Of a DNA stretch of 64,000 nt, positions 8,646-18,358 are shown piece by piece. The stretch spans positions 46,389 through 110,388 of the IMG/VR virus record IMGVR_UViG_3300037851_000102; one strand, written 5' to 3'. Source of the stretch: a virus. How positions within the stretch are numbered: the first letter of the stretch is position 1; the number at the start of each line of letters is the position of its first letter. Below the pieces are notes generated by a model, which was not told the DNA's origin, did not search any database, and saw only the letters and a list, made by a program, of their open reading frames with translations. A program made the translations under genes and the position numbers.

Positions 8646-8841
8646 TATCACACTTGATATGCTCTATTCAGCGATGCACGAGGGGTTTTTGAATCACACA
8701 CTCAAGACCAGCATCGATGGCAAACCTTTTCATTTGGGAATTGAAATGGTCAGTGGGAATTCAGAGATCCAAACGATTTTGGTCACGAAGATTCCAGCGC
8801 ACCACAAACAAGGAGCAAACAATGAAACAGGGGAGCAATAA
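8599..8841 (+). CDS. hypothetical protein
   Basis: G-rich RBS before ATG 8599. Confidence 0.5.
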   Translation: MRQLNKRQIELILPSDITLDMLYSAMHEGFLNHTLKTSIDGKPFHLGIEMVSGNSEIQTILVTKIPAHHKQGANNETGEQ

Positions 8842-9319
8842 TATGGGGACATTCGCATTTTTAATGTTTTGCGCAGCGATATTCGCAGCGATGGGCATTT
8901 GGCATTATTCACAATCAGAGGACACGGCCTTTCACAAGACGCTCGGCCTATGTCGATCATGTGAAGCAGATGTAAAGCGCCACGAAGAGAAGTTAAAGAA
9001 GTATGATGAGGATTTTAAAGCGTTGAATGCGCGATTGGATGCAGCGGAAGCGGAAGTAAAGAAATTCACTGAACAGCTTGATATATTCCGCGATCAGGTC
9101 TCAGACACACGCGAGAAGCAGATCCAACTCAAGGATGATTTATCGAATAAGACTCAGCGATTGGTGATGCCAAAGGGCCCGATTCCAGTTGAGATCTATG
9201 TAGCACCAACGGTCAGAGCCACAGCACCGAAACAGCAAGCACCGCCTAAGATTCCAAAAGAGACACCACAGCAAACCATGAAGAAGATCAAAAAGCAGAT
9301 CGATGGGTTATCGAAATGA
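8822..9319 (+). CDS. membrane-anchored coiled-coil protein
   Basis: N-terminal TM (FAFLMFCAAIFAAMGIW) then coiled coil and Pro-rich tail; alternative start 8843. Confidence 0.65.
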   Translation: MKQGSNNMGTFAFLMFCAAIFAAMGIWHYSQSEDTAFHKTLGLCRSCEADVKRHEEKLKKYDEDFKALNARLDAAEAEVKKFTEQLDIFRDQVSDTREKQIQLKDDLSNKTQRLVMPKGPIPVEIYVAPTVRATAPKQQAPPKIPKETPQQTMKKIKKQIDGLSK

Positions 9320-9555
9320 AGATCCAAAGAATGCTCGAATACTTGAAGACGCTTGCGAAGATGAAGCGAAATTTCTTTGGTGAGCTTGCAGATGAAGCGA
9401 AATCAGAAATTGATAAGGCGAGACTTCAGGGCATGGCAGATGCCCACGCCGAACAGACAAACGAGCTTGAGCAGATCAGTGCGGCCATGATCGAAACGCC
9501 AGATCAGATGCCACAGCAAACCGAGAGCGCACCGATAGGAGTAACACTACAATGA
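9316..9555 (+). CDS. hypothetical protein
   Basis: ATGA-coupled. Confidence 0.55.
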   Translation: MKIQRMLEYLKTLAKMKRNFFGELADEAKSEIDKARLQGMADAHAEQTNELEQISAAMIETPDQMPQQTESAPIGVTLQ

Positions 9556-9758
9556 AGCAAGACGTGAATACGCAAAAGGCGAAATTCAATAAATTGTATA
9601 AAGAGATGGCCGAGATCGTTAATACTTTCGATGGGCACAACAGAGATCTTGCTATGCAGGGTCTCAGTAGTTGTGACTTGTGGGCAAATTCGTATTTTAC
9701 AAAAGAAGGAGCGAACGATGGAACGAGAGAAGAGACTATTCAACGGTCAGCCGATTGA
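9552..9758 (+). CDS. hypothetical protein
   Basis: AGGAG RBS, ATGA-coupled. Confidence 0.55.
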   Translation: MKQDVNTQKAKFNKLYKEMAEIVNTFDGHNRDLAMQGLSSCDLWANSYFTKEGANDGTREETIQRSAD

Positions 9759-10065
9759 ACTTGGACAGCAACGAGAGAAGCCAGCGGGGTTGATTCTGCC
9801 CGATCAGGATTTAAAGAAGCTGCATGAAGATCAACTCAAGGCAGAAGCAGAGAAGCGAGCGGCAGAAGAGAAGCGCGTATTCGATCAGATGGTTGAGAGC
9901 CCACAGGCGATGCGGGGAGTGATCCAAGAGTGCATCAATCGTGGCAAGGTCAGATTGAGTATGGATTTGGATTTACTTGATGATGAACAGGTGAAAAAGA
10001 CTTTCATTCATTTGTGGGGTCAAGCGGGAGCAGGCAAGCCGAGCGTTACCGAAATCAGTATTTAA
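9718..10065 (+). CDS. hypothetical protein
   Basis: GAAGGAG RBS before ATG 9718. Confidence 0.6.
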   Translation: MEREKRLFNGQPIELGQQREKPAGLILPDQDLKKLHEDQLKAEAEKRAAEEKRVFDQMVESPQAMRGVIQECINRGKVRLSMDLDLLDDEQVKKTFIHLWGQAGAGKPSVTEISI

Positions 10066-10334
10066 TGGGATGCTCATCTTGCGGTGGGGGAATTAAGAAG
10101 CCCACGAAGTTCCAACAGGTGAGATCCTTCGCATTAAGTCTTGCCAACGTGATTGAACACGCGATATCCACAGGACAGATCGTTGCAGATCGTGGGACAG
10201 TGGATAAGCGCATTCAGATATGTACTCAATGCAAATACAGAGAGCCCATTAGAAACCGCTGCAAGGCTTGTGGTTGTTTCTTGGCAGCTAAGAGTGGCCT
10301 TGCCAGCGAAACGTGCCCACAGGGGTATTGGTGA
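10065..10334 (+). CDS. Cys-rich metal-binding protein (DUF6171-like)
   Basis: RIQICTQC...RCKACGCFLAAK...CPQGYW. Confidence 0.65.
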   Translation: MGCSSCGGGIKKPTKFQQVRSFALSLANVIEHAISTGQIVADRGTVDKRIQICTQCKYREPIRNRCKACGCFLAAKSGLASETCPQGYW

Positions 10335-10340
10335 GGTTAT

Positions 10341-10667
10341 ATGGGGCATTTACCAACATTAGAGAGTGACGCAAGCGGGAGAGTGAGAATCACATGGCCT
10401 GATGGACGCAGGTCAGAGGGACATATCACCAAAATGAATGTTCAGATGGGGAGAGGTTCGCTTGGTGAGCATACTCAAACGCTGGACTTCACTTTGACGT
10501 GCTTTGAGCCCATGCTATCCGAAGAAGCCAGCACAATGAAGGCGGCAGCGGATGAAGCGAACAAAAGAGTCAGAGAAAATAAAGCCAAAAAAGAAGGCGT
10601 TAAAAAGATGGAAGAAGACCGTCTCAAGCCAGTCAGAGACTTCATCAAAGGCCTCGAACAGTTTTAG
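10341..10667 (+). CDS. hypothetical protein, C-terminal tag variant FIKGLEQF*
   Basis: GAGG RBS; shared motif. Confidence 0.65.
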   Translation: MGHLPTLESDASGRVRITWPDGRRSEGHITKMNVQMGRGSLGEHTQTLDFTLTCFEPMLSEEASTMKAAADEANKRVRENKAKKEGVKKMEEDRLKPVRDFIKGLEQF

Positions 10668-10727
10668 CGACGAAGAGCGCCAGTATCAGATCAAAAGGTT
10701 CTTAAAAGATTCAAAGGGTGCGAAAGT

Positions 10728-10970
10728 ATGGAAGTCGTAGTCTGCGGCTTTCATTTTAATTTAATCACGATTCGTTGCCACAACAAGAAGTGCAAGAACA
10801 AGTTCAAAGTTCTTGAGAGTTCAAAGCAGAAGTTTTGCTCATCTCACTGCGCAGGCATTGAATTGCCATTGCCCAACTACAACTACACTCAGCGAGTCCA
10901 GAAGATGAAAACGATGAAAGAGACGATCATCGACTTCTACAAGGATTCCGAAGACGACTACGGCGCGTAG
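10728..10970 (+). CDS. small zinc-finger protein
   Basis: CHNKKCKNKF...QKFCSSHC. Confidence 0.55.
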   Translation: MEVVVCGFHFNLITIRCHNKKCKNKFKVLESSKQKFCSSHCAGIELPLPNYNYTQRVQKMKTMKETIIDFYKDSEDDYGA

Positions 10971-11106
10971 TTTAAAACAAATAAAATAGCTCATTGATTC
11001 AAGACTCCAACGTGTTCAAGATGGGACTGCAATGGTTCTATCCGATTAAGGTCTTGCAACGAGAAGATGCGGGACGTGACCGCCGCGCCGCCTGAAGAGG
11101 AGATTT

Positions 11107-11379
11107 ATGGCTCGATCCAAGAAAAAAGAATTACGCGCAGAAAGTTCTCAAGACCTGGCGACACCTGGGCCCGAAATCGCGAACGTGGATTTTTCTAAAC
11201 CGTGGACTTTGGATCGCCAAGCCTATGACAAAGTGGCGTTTGCCGAGCTGGTCATGAAGCTCAAAACTTCTACGTCGAAGCTGGAATATCATCCAGACGG
11301 GAAGGTGACATTCCATTGGAAGGGAATGGCTAAATCCGCAGAATCACAGAGCTTTTCAAAAGCATTGGAGAATTTATGA
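11107..11379 (+). CDS. hypothetical protein, C-terminal tag FSKALENL*
   Basis: GAGGAG RBS; shared motif. Confidence 0.7.
   Translation: MARSKKKELRAESSQDLATPGPEIANVDFSKPWTLDRQAYDKVAFAELVMKLKTSTSKLEYHPDGKVTFHWKGMAKSAESQSFSKALENL
11265..11282. repeat. copy of 18-bp quasi-palindrome (AACTTCTACGTCGAAGCT)
   Basis: 14-bp core CTTCTACGTCGAAG identical at 45254 and 56527. Confidence 0.5.
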
Positions 11380-11915
11380 TGCCTTATCCAGTTATTATTG
11401 GGGCGATAATCGGAGCCGTTATTGGCGGCCTGATTGGGGCTTACATTGCCAGACGCAGGGTTCAGCCGAAGCTCGATTTATTGGCTCAGAAGAACAGCCA
11501 GCTCGAAGCCAGCCTGAACCAGATGATCTACAAGAAGCCAGGTCGCAGGGCTGAACCCAGCCGCAAACCAGGTGAGTTCGATCCAACTAAGCATAACAGT
11601 TTGCAGCCAGCCAACAGAAAGCCTCTTCCAGTTGAGTTCCAACAGGTGAAAGAGGGTGATGGAGAATTCAAAATTGAGTCTGCAAGTTTCGCGAAACAGA
11701 TGCCCAAGGGCGACTACACATACAGATTTTTCGGTTCACAGCTATCGTTGGGTGAGAATGTTTTGATCTCAGGACTTCAGCGAAAGATGCACCAACTCGA
11801 AATCACAAAGGACGACCAAGTTTACATTGGTGGAGTCGAGTACAGAATCAATCCAAGTGATGTCGAACAACTCAAAAGGGTAATCGCGAAAGCAGAGAAA
11901 ACCGCAGAGGTGTAA
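11376..11915 (+). CDS. membrane-anchored hypothetical protein
   Basis: N-terminal GxxxG-rich TM helix (IIGAIIGAVIGGLIGAYIA). Confidence 0.65.
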   Translation: MMPYPVIIGAIIGAVIGGLIGAYIARRRVQPKLDLLAQKNSQLEASLNQMIYKKPGRRAEPSRKPGEFDPTKHNSLQPANRKPLPVEFQQVKEGDGEFKIESASFAKQMPKGDYTYRFFGSQLSLGENVLISGLQRKMHQLEITKDDQVYIGGVEYRINPSDVEQLKRVIAKAEKTAEV

Positions 11916-11918
11916 TCG

Positions 11919-12443
11919 ATGGCGGTCAATTTCTCGACTCTGTTTGAGGATTTAGTTCGCAACGAGTCGCACAGATATGAATATGATCGCCTTTTGTCAG
12001 AGGCAATCCAAGTCCTCGCCCAAGGCGGCGGTGGAATTCAATGGATTGACGGTGTTCCCTATATTCCAGACCCAGGTCGCGCCAAAAACATATCGCTCAA
12101 TCGTCCAGTTTTTACGGCAGGGTATTATGGTCAGAATCAATCGAGCCGATACCTGAGAGTGGACGGTGTGACCACTTCGAGTGATTCGGGCATTTTGCTC
12201 CCAAGAGATGCAGTGATAACGAGCTTGTGGGGGAAGAGTCGTTCAAACAACAATTGGTCAATAGAAATAAGACGAAATGGCAATCCGATAACGCTTGTGT
12301 CAGTGAATGTGGTTGGTTCGGTTGGCAGTGATCCAGAACTTGATATCGATTTGGACGCTGGGGATTTTATTCAATTTTACATGGTCGGCAGTGGGGTCGA
12401 TCATCCAATCGCAGGCGTAGAAATCGCTTGGCGAGCCAATTAA
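11919..12443 (+). CDS. virion structural protein (fibre-tip-like beta domain)
   Basis: C-terminal domain paralogous to the C-terminus of 12453..13967. Confidence 0.6.
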   Translation: MAVNFSTLFEDLVRNESHRYEYDRLLSEAIQVLAQGGGGIQWIDGVPYIPDPGRAKNISLNRPVFTAGYYGQNQSSRYLRVDGVTTSSDSGILLPRDAVITSLWGKSRSNNNWSIEIRRNGNPITLVSVNVVGSVGSDPELDIDLDAGDFIQFYMVGSGVDHPIAGVEIAWRAN

Positions 12444-12452
12444 GGGGGGCAA

Positions 12453-13967
12453 ATGAGTTTTTTCAGAGTAACAGAACCGAATTCAGTCGCAGTTCCAATT
12501 GATGATTTAGGTATAGTGATCGCGGCGGATGCGGCAAACGTCGTTTTATCAAACCAGTTCTCAGTTCATGATTTGTATCTTTCAGCGGATCTCGAAGCTG
12601 CAATCATCAACGGGGACTTAGATGTAGAGATCAACTACGGCACGGGCTTCGCGGCAGTGGCGGCAGTGGATTATACAAACCGAGATGCACTTGCGGCATT
12701 TTTGAACGTATTTGAAATCACCAACGAAAACTCAAACGAGCGTTTGGTGAACAATACGGACGCTTCTTCGGGTTCACAGCTTCACCATCATGATACGCGA
12801 TACTTCACCAAGACAGAGCTTCAATCGACGGCCAATGGATCTTCGGGCGGCACCTTAATTGGTCTGAACGATGATGCGTGGGACACAGAGTATCCTTTCA
12901 CATTCACGACCTTGCAGGGCTTTGTTGATGGTCTTTACACGATTTTAACAACGGGTTTTGACCTTGACCAAGTTTACGACAACGATGCAGACGGCATTTT
13001 AAATGTCGATGGCACAACGAAGCCTTTGGACTTCAGATCAGACAACGTGAACGACATTATTATCAGTCGTTTCTCAACGCCAGATCTTCAGCAAGCATTG
13101 ATTTTTGATGTCAGCGCAGATGAGTTGATTCTTGGATCTCTTGCGGTTGGTGGACTCAACGACATCAATGTGAGAGTTCGATCAGATCTTATCGTTGATG
13201 GGGACATCGTATTTACAGGGACTATCACAGATACCACAGTCAACGAATTGAACGTGACCAACGCCAACATTCGCTTGCGTGATGGGGCGACAGCGGTTCC
13301 AGGCGCAGATGCTTACATTGAAGTTGAGCGCGGAACTTCGGGCAACGATGCAAGACTTCTTTGGAACGAGACTTCGGATCGTTGGCAGGCAGGCATTGTC
13401 GGCACACTTGGCACCATTGCACTCCTTGAGTTCGATGAGATTGTAACAGGCGTTTGGGAATTCCAAGGCGGAGCGGCCACAGAGCCTTCGATGTACTTGA
13501 CCGACAAGGCATCGGCACCGACCACAAACCTTGGGACTGCAACACAGATCCCAATTTCAATGATTAACAACACTCCTGCGTACTACGACAAATCGAATTC
13601 AAGAAATAAGTTCTTGTCGATGTATCGAATGCACCAAGCGTTCTCAGGTCGTGATAACGCCAACAACTCGAACGAATATCTTCGTGCGGGAGAGTTTACG
13701 TCAAATCAGTCGAGCTATCGCTTGATTAAAAACATGACTCTGATTGGAATCTCAGCACAGACAAACGGAGCGGAGACTTGGACAGCGCGTGTGAGAAAGA
13801 ATGGAGTAGTGACCAACTTGGCCTCTCTCGCTCTTTCAGCGGTCGCTGGAGCCCAAGATGCAACGCTAAACGTGGACTTCAATGCTGGAGATAAGATCGA
13901 AGTTTATTGCGATGGCACAGGCGTTGACAGACCTTTTGTGATGCTTGAGTTCGCTGAAAGGTTCTAA
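12453..13967 (+). CDS. fibre-like virion protein
   Basis: HHHDTRYFTKTEL fibre motif; IEVERGTSGNDARLLWNETSDRW fibre segment. Confidence 0.65.
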   Translation: MSFFRVTEPNSVAVPIDDLGIVIAADAANVVLSNQFSVHDLYLSADLEAAIINGDLDVEINYGTGFAAVAAVDYTNRDALAAFLNVFEITNENSNERLVNNTDASSGSQLHHHDTRYFTKTELQSTANGSSGGTLIGLNDDAWDTEYPFTFTTLQGFVDGLYTILTTGFDLDQVYDNDADGILNVDGTTKPLDFRSDNVNDIIISRFSTPDLQQALIFDVSADELILGSLAVGGLNDINVRVRSDLIVDGDIVFTGTITDTTVNELNVTNANIRLRDGATAVPGADAYIEVERGTSGNDARLLWNETSDRWQAGIVGTLGTIALLEFDEIVTGVWEFQGGAATEPSMYLTDKASAPTTNLGTATQIPISMINNTPAYYDKSNSRNKFLSMYRMHQAFSGRDNANNSNEYLRAGEFTSNQSSYRLIKNMTLIGISAQTNGAETWTARVRKNGVVTNLASLALSAVAGAQDATLNVDFNAGDKIEVYCDGTGVDRPFVMLEFAERF

Positions 13968-14950
13968 TGCCTAAGCTGTTTCTATCCACAACTGGAGCAG
14001 ATGTCGTGATCCCCGAATTGGGGATCTCGATTATTCATCCAGCAACGGATTATGAAATAGACGCGCAATTCTCTGCGGAAGATCTTGCGCTTGCATCGAG
14101 CTTAACGACAGCAATCAATAATGGTTCACTTGTATGGAAGAAGACTGCGGGCGGTTCAGCACAGCCGCCAACAGATTACGATCCAGATTATTTGGAAGCA
14201 GAAGAACTCTCAGGCGGTTCAGGCAATCTGAATCAACAGCTTGTCAAATCTCTTGGGAGTTCAATTCTAAGCCTCAAGGCGCAAGTTCAGGCGACAGTGG
14301 CGGGGACATTGGTTCTCACACGCGGGACTTCGACAGTTTTGATTTTTACAGGCACGACAGCGGGTCAGATCATTCAGCTACCAGGTGCGACGACACTGGA
14401 TAACGGCCATTATTTTGAAGTTTGGAACGTCAGCACAGAATCAATCGTTGTTAAGAATGCAGGCGGCGGGACACTCTTCACGATAGGTCAGACATCGACG
14501 GCGTATATTAAATTGCAAGACAACACGACATCGAATGGGTTGTGGGTGTACTGGCAGGTTTTCGTTTCAGCACTTGCAGCGGGAATTCTAAACTACACGC
14601 TCACTTCGGGCGTGAACTTCATAACAGCATCGACATCGGACACGATCATCACTGGATTTACAGTGACACCACAAGCGGGCTTGTATGCAGCGTGGTTCTC
14701 TTGTGATGTGACGATTGCGACCAACAACAGGCTTATGGACTCGGTTCTTTACATTGGCGGAGTCGAGAACGCCAACACGCGAAGGACAGTCCAAGGGGTC
14801 TCTTCAAACTTTAGAGCAACATCATCAGTCATCGGTCTTGCCAACGTGAACGGATCGCAAGCGGTGGATGTATGGGTGAAGAGTTCGGGCGGTAACATCA
14901 CCGTTGGTCAGCGTTCGCTCGTTCTAATTAGATTGGGGACAAACGTATGA
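13967..14950 (+). CDS. fibre-like virion protein
   Basis: N-terminus paralogous to 12453; FTGTTAGQIIQLPGATTL fibre motif; beta-rich C-terminal domain. Confidence 0.6.
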   Translation: MPKLFLSTTGADVVIPELGISIIHPATDYEIDAQFSAEDLALASSLTTAINNGSLVWKKTAGGSAQPPTDYDPDYLEAEELSGGSGNLNQQLVKSLGSSILSLKAQVQATVAGTLVLTRGTSTVLIFTGTTAGQIIQLPGATTLDNGHYFEVWNVSTESIVVKNAGGGTLFTIGQTSTAYIKLQDNTTSNGLWVYWQVFVSALAAGILNYTLTSGVNFITASTSDTIITGFTVTPQAGLYAAWFSCDVTIATNNRLMDSVLYIGGVENANTRRTVQGVSSNFRATSSVIGLANVNGSQAVDVWVKSSGGNITVGQRSLVLIRLGTNV

Positions 14951-15651
14951 TGGTATTTAATTTTACGAAATCACCGTGCAATCCTGCGCGATTAAAACTT
15001 GAGATCGAAGCATCTTCAATCACAGTGGCACTTGCATCGGTCTCTCTATTGGGTGCAGATGCGTTGACCGTTTCTTTTAAGGCAGATCTTTCTGCGGGCG
15101 AAGAGACGACTCTTAACGGTCTTGTGACCGCACACACGGGCGAAGATCTTCCAGATGATTATGTGGCGACAGTACAGCTTGAAGCACTTCCAGAGCCAGA
15201 GCCCTTTGCAAAGCCGAGCTTTAGAACAAAGCGAAACAAGACGGCAGCGTGGCAGACGATCACCGAAGGTCAGACAGTGGATCTCGATTTTCTTTTGACA
15301 GAAGAGCGATACGTTTCAGGTGGAGAGATCATTTACAAGGGAGCAAAAGAGGGCGACTACGTTAAAGCCTCAGTGATGGACGTATTCAATGGGGGAGTGA
15401 TACCAGCACCATATCGTCCAGCCAACGTCGGCATTTGCGAGAATTGGCCCCTTGTGAATGAGTATATTAACGGCGAGTGGATTGTTCCGAACAACACGAA
15501 TGAAGAGTACAAGAGCAAGATTATCAACACATATCCTTTGAACGCGAAGATCACTCCATATTTGGTTTTGCGAGTGACCTACACAGCATCGGCAGAAGCG
15601 GGTGAGAGACACGTCGCCGTGAACTATCATCTCACGAAAAAATTGTTATGA
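14947..15651 (+). CDS. probable virion structural protein
   Basis: context and beta-rich composition. Confidence 0.5.
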   Translation: MMVFNFTKSPCNPARLKLEIEASSITVALASVSLLGADALTVSFKADLSAGEETTLNGLVTAHTGEDLPDDYVATVQLEALPEPEPFAKPSFRTKRNKTAAWQTITEGQTVDLDFLLTEERYVSGGEIIYKGAKEGDYVKASVMDVFNGGVIPAPYRPANVGICENWPLVNEYINGEWIVPNNTNEEYKSKIINTYPLNAKITPYLVLRVTYTASAEAGERHVAVNYHLTKKLL

Positions 15652-15851
15652 TTATTTGTTGGCGTTTGGTCTCTCGAAACATCGGCGGATTCACAGTGGA
15701 GTTTTGGCCTGAAGATGATGAGAGCCAAAGACGCAAAGAGGATTTTGTTATTTTAGAAGAGCAGAGATTAAAGTTTAGATTCCAAAATGTTTTCAAGGCC
15801 AAAGAGATTCGCTTGAAAAAAGTGGAATCAAGGAAGAGCAGATGGGATTGA
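15648..15851 (+). CDS. hypothetical protein
   Basis: ORF fills gap, overlaps neighbours. Confidence 0.45.
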   Translation: MIICWRLVSRNIGGFTVEFWPEDDESQRRKEDFVILEEQRLKFRFQNVFKAKEIRLKKVESRKSRWD

Positions 15852-16399
15852 AGATTGGTTTTTCTAAATCGCGCAAGAAAGTTAAGTTGTTCAGTGATCT
15901 TATTATTTTTTGGGATCGCGTTCGCCACGGTTCAAATCTTCCGATTTCTCATTGCTATGGTCGTTTCACTTCTGCTTCTTGGGAGCGTGATTTTATTTAT
16001 CAGGCTTCAGGCCACGCGACGAACTTCATGGGCGAGAAGAACTTTGCAAACAGGCATGAGGTGATTGAGGAGTACACGCTTTCAATTCCACGCGATGTCG
16101 TTGAGAGAATTGGACGAGTCTGCGTTGATCGTGAGGGCAAGCCCTATGCAATCAAGCAGACAATTGGCATTGCGATATCAGCAATTATTTGGATCATTAC
16201 GTTTGGCAAAATAGAAATTAAAAATCCATTTGCAGATGGCGACGCTGAAACAAACTGCATTGAAGAGTGGGGGAGAATTCTCGCACAGGAGCTTAATGTA
16301 GAGCCGCCACAGTATTTGGATGGAATTTCTGTAAAGCCATTCCGAGATTGGATTGCAGGCTTGCCGATGGCAAGATTGACAGATGTAAAGTTAGATTGA
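15842..16399 (+). CDS. permuted NlpC/P60 (YiiX/YaeF-like) papain-fold enzyme
   Basis: ISHC...GKPYA...NCIE order with His before Cys. Confidence 0.7.
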   Translation: MGLKIGFSKSRKKVKLFSDLIIFWDRVRHGSNLPISHCYGRFTSASWERDFIYQASGHATNFMGEKNFANRHEVIEEYTLSIPRDVVERIGRVCVDREGKPYAIKQTIGIAISAIIWIITFGKIEIKNPFADGDAETNCIEEWGRILAQELNVEPPQYLDGISVKPFRDWIAGLPMARLTDVKLD

Positions 16400-16414
16400 A
16401 AGTTAGGTTGATAG

Positions 16415-17887
16415 ATGATGAGTTCGGTTGAAGATGAAAGATTGAAGTTCATAGCGTATTCTGCGCTTGATGAAGAGACGCTTCTAAGGACGGATCTCGC
16501 CTATTTTGCGGAAGAGATTCTTAACATGGAGATCTCAGATCACCACAAGTCTTGGTCAAGGCTTGTAGCAAAACACAAAAAACTTGCAATCGAAGCACCT
16601 CGAGATCACGGGAAGAGCTTCATGTTCTCATTCGCTTATGCGATATGGAGAGCGTACTTCAATTGGATTCCAAGCTCGCTTGCGGTCTCTTCAGATTTCA
16701 AATCGATTCCAAGAGTGAGTATTGGTTACATATTCTCGAACACTCAAGATCAGTCCATCAAACTTCTCGAACTCGTAAAGAGAGAGATTGAAGATAATCC
16801 AAAGCTCGAACACCTGATTCCAGCGGACAAAGACGTGTGGTCAAAGACAGAGATCAGGCTATCAAACGGAGCGGCCATTCGAGCAAGAGGTTGGGGTCAA
16901 TCAGTACGGGGAGCCCATCCAGTTTGGATCGTGGCGGATGACTGTTTGAACGATGAAACGATTTATTCTGAACTCACACGAAACAAGCAGATTGATTACT
17001 TCTTCTCAGCGGTGACACCGATGCTTGTGCCAGGTGGACAGTTGATTGTTGTGGGCACTCCATTCCACAGAGAAGATCTTTATCAAAGGCTTTCAGAAAA
17101 CCCTGCGTATCACTTCCACAGAAGCCCTGCGCTTGATGCGGGCGGGGCACCACTATGGCCGACACGTTACACGAAAGAAATGCTCGTACAGCGAAAGCAA
17201 GAGGTTGGTTCGGTTCGATTCTCAAGAGAGTATTTGTGCCTTCCAATTTCTGACGAATCGTCTCTCTTCCCTGAAAAGATTCTCGAACAGTGTTATGAGC
17301 CAGAGTTTGAAATGCCAACACAGGTCGAGCCAGAGTGGAGAAAAGAGCTTCGCATTTACACTGGAGTCGATTTCGCCATGTCTTCCACAGTTGGAGCCGA
17401 TTACACGGTTCTCACAACGATTGGCGTGGACAAGTATCAGAATCGCTGGATTCTGGACATACGTCGTAAAAAGGGTCTTTCATTTGGCGAACAGCTTAGA
17501 GAGATCCAAGATGTGGCAAGACAGTATAAGCCGCTTAAAATTCTGTGCGAGAACAACGGATTTCAAAAGATTTTCTCAGATACACTTGTCAGACACACGG
17601 ATCTTCCAGTTGAGGGCTACACTACGACAGCCAGCAAAAAGAACAGTTTTGAAGAAGGAGTGCCATCTCTTCAGATTTTGTTTGAGAATTGTAAGTTCAA
17701 GATTCCGAGAAGGACTGCAAGATGTCGCGAGAAAACGGATATTCTCATAAACGAATTAAAATGCTTCACATGGGCGGAAGGCAAGCTGCAAGGGCTTGGA
17801 GCGCACGACGACACGGTGATGTCCTTGTGGATAGCAAATCAGGCGATATCTGCCCACGATTTCAGTTTCAGTTTTGTCGGCGATTAA
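16415..17887 (+). CDS. terL: terminase large subunit
   Basis: Walker A APRDHGKS, RG..P..IVADD Walker B, VGTP, nuclease GVDFA and HDDTVMS. Confidence 0.95.
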   Translation: MMSSVEDERLKFIAYSALDEETLLRTDLAYFAEEILNMEISDHHKSWSRLVAKHKKLAIEAPRDHGKSFMFSFAYAIWRAYFNWIPSSLAVSSDFKSIPRVSIGYIFSNTQDQSIKLLELVKREIEDNPKLEHLIPADKDVWSKTEIRLSNGAAIRARGWGQSVRGAHPVWIVADDCLNDETIYSELTRNKQIDYFFSAVTPMLVPGGQLIVVGTPFHREDLYQRLSENPAYHFHRSPALDAGGAPLWPTRYTKEMLVQRKQEVGSVRFSREYLCLPISDESSLFPEKILEQCYEPEFEMPTQVEPEWRKELRIYTGVDFAMSSTVGADYTVLTTIGVDKYQNRWILDIRRKKGLSFGEQLREIQDVARQYKPLKILCENNGFQKIFSDTLVRHTDLPVEGYTTTASKKNSFEEGVPSLQILFENCKFKIPRRTARCREKTDILINELKCFTWAEGKLQGLGAHDDTVMSLWIANQAISAHDFSFSFVGD

Positions 17888-17914
17888 GAGCCGAAGTAAC
17901 CAAGGATAGTCAAT

Positions 17915-18103
17915 ATGTTCGTAATCAAAAGAGTGAATCTCTTTTTGTATCTGCGTGGAATTTCAGAATCAAATATCGAATGGACTCCCAAAATACGAGA
18001 GGCAATGCCATTCAAGACCTATGAGGCGGCTGAGAATTATATCGCCAAGTATGGTCTGGATGATGATGCAGAGGTGATGGTTGTCTTGGCGGAGGCCGCA
18101 TGA
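17915..18103 (+). CDS. hypothetical protein
   Basis: AAGGA RBS. Confidence 0.55.
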   Translation: MFVIKRVNLFLYLRGISESNIEWTPKIREAMPFKTYEAAENYIAKYGLDDDAEVMVVLAEAA

Positions 18104-18333
18104 TTGTTCAAAGTCTTATTTGCGTGATGTTCTTTTTCGTTGGTGGATGCGCTACAGATGGCAGGAAGCAGGCGGCACTGAGAGATAATCCAGGATGTGT
18201 GTGGGACGATGAGAACGAGGATCTTATCTGCCCGCTGCCTTGGGACTCGACAGGGGAGCTTGAGACCTTAAAGCCCGAAGAGATCGAAGAAATGATAAAG
18301 CCCAAGCCAAAGTCTAAGAAGAAGAAAAAGTGA
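18100..18333 (+). CDS. putative lipoprotein
   Basis: hydrophobic N-terminus ending VGG-C (lipobox-like); GGAGG RBS. Confidence 0.55.
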   Translation: MIVQSLICVMFFFVGGCATDGRKQAALRDNPGCVWDDENEDLICPLPWDSTGELETLKPEEIEEMIKPKPKSKKKKK

Positions 18334-18358
18334 TCCGAAGAGGGCGGCAGGAGACACT

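Noticed and set aside
10971-11106. Riboswitch or ncRNA in the intergenic gap before 11107
   Set aside because: Only short stems (TGCAA/TTGCA, GCGG/CCGC) and a weak TTGATT-N17-CAAGAT promoter; no family consensus recognised.
17046-17750. 234-aa alternative-frame ORF inside terL
   Set aside because: No RBS or recognisable domain; composition typical of an off-frame read.
8822-18333. Spanin pair (8822-9319 with 18100-18333)
   Set aside because: The TM coiled-coil and lipoprotein genes are 9 kb apart and no endolysin or holin was recognised nearby.
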